Positions 63,853 to 64,000 of a DNA stretch of 64,000 bases are shown piece after piece. A program made the translations under genes and the position numbers. Location of the stretch: positions 62,684,983 to 62,748,982 of the forward strand of contig JARFYF010000112.1 in assembly GCA_030265395.1 (NCBI GenBank), in the 5' to 3' direction. The DNA comes from Rhina ancylostomus (taxonomy: Eukaryota). The notes below the pieces were generated by a model. The model ran no database searches, was not told the origin of the DNA, and was given only the letters and a program-made list of their open reading frames with translations. The first letter of the stretch is position 1. Every line of letters begins with the position of its first letter.

Positions 63853-63979
63853 GACATTGTTTTATGAGCTTCGAGTGGCAATAGAGCAGCTGACAGCCAG
63901 ACCTTCCTGTCCAACTTTCCTCCGAAATGCATGTCACAAAGCTATAAAGCTCATCTGTAAGCTGGCTCCAGGGTCATAG
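63853..63979 (+). CDS. TMEM33: TMEM33-like protein, terminal coding exon (equivalent of exon 7), stop TAG at 63977-63979
   Basis: Acceptor ccttctactctttattaacag| with taactaac branch-like motif upstream. Translates (R)TLFYELRVAIEQLTARPSCPTFLRNACHKAIKLICKLAPGS*, matching the TMEM33 tail pattern TLFxELR..E....PxCP.F.R..C...I..I..LAP. Confidence 0.95.
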
Positions 63980-64000
63980 AGTTCGAGATTCTCCTTAACA

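Noticed and set aside
1-64000. CRISPR arrays, operons, rRNA/tRNA genes
   Set aside because: No regularly spaced repeats or intact structural RNA genes were seen. tRNA-like pieces are decayed SINE heads, and the DNA is eukaryotic intron.

Overview
This is AT-rich vertebrate DNA from a gapped scaffold. The repeat content (CR1/HER1 LINEs, HE1-type V-SINEs, a DeuSINE, Penelope-like fragments) points to a cartilaginous fish (shark or ray). The whole window lies inside one + strand gene that the ORF track misses. Three coding exons (12353-12486, 54302-54385, 63853-63979) splice in frame into the C-terminal 114 aa of a divergent TMEM33/Pom33-family ER membrane protein, separated by introns of 41,815 and 9,467 bp. 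The earlier exons were not found and are presumably upstream. The introns contain many decayed retroelements and an internally deleted IR/DR-type Tc1 transposon. They also hold at least eight Penelope-type terminal-repeat fragments with degenerate minimal hammerhead-ribozyme motifs, several as head-to-head inversions and one with a 16-bp target-site duplication. Family assignments come from motif recognition, not database searches, and repeat boundaries are approximate.
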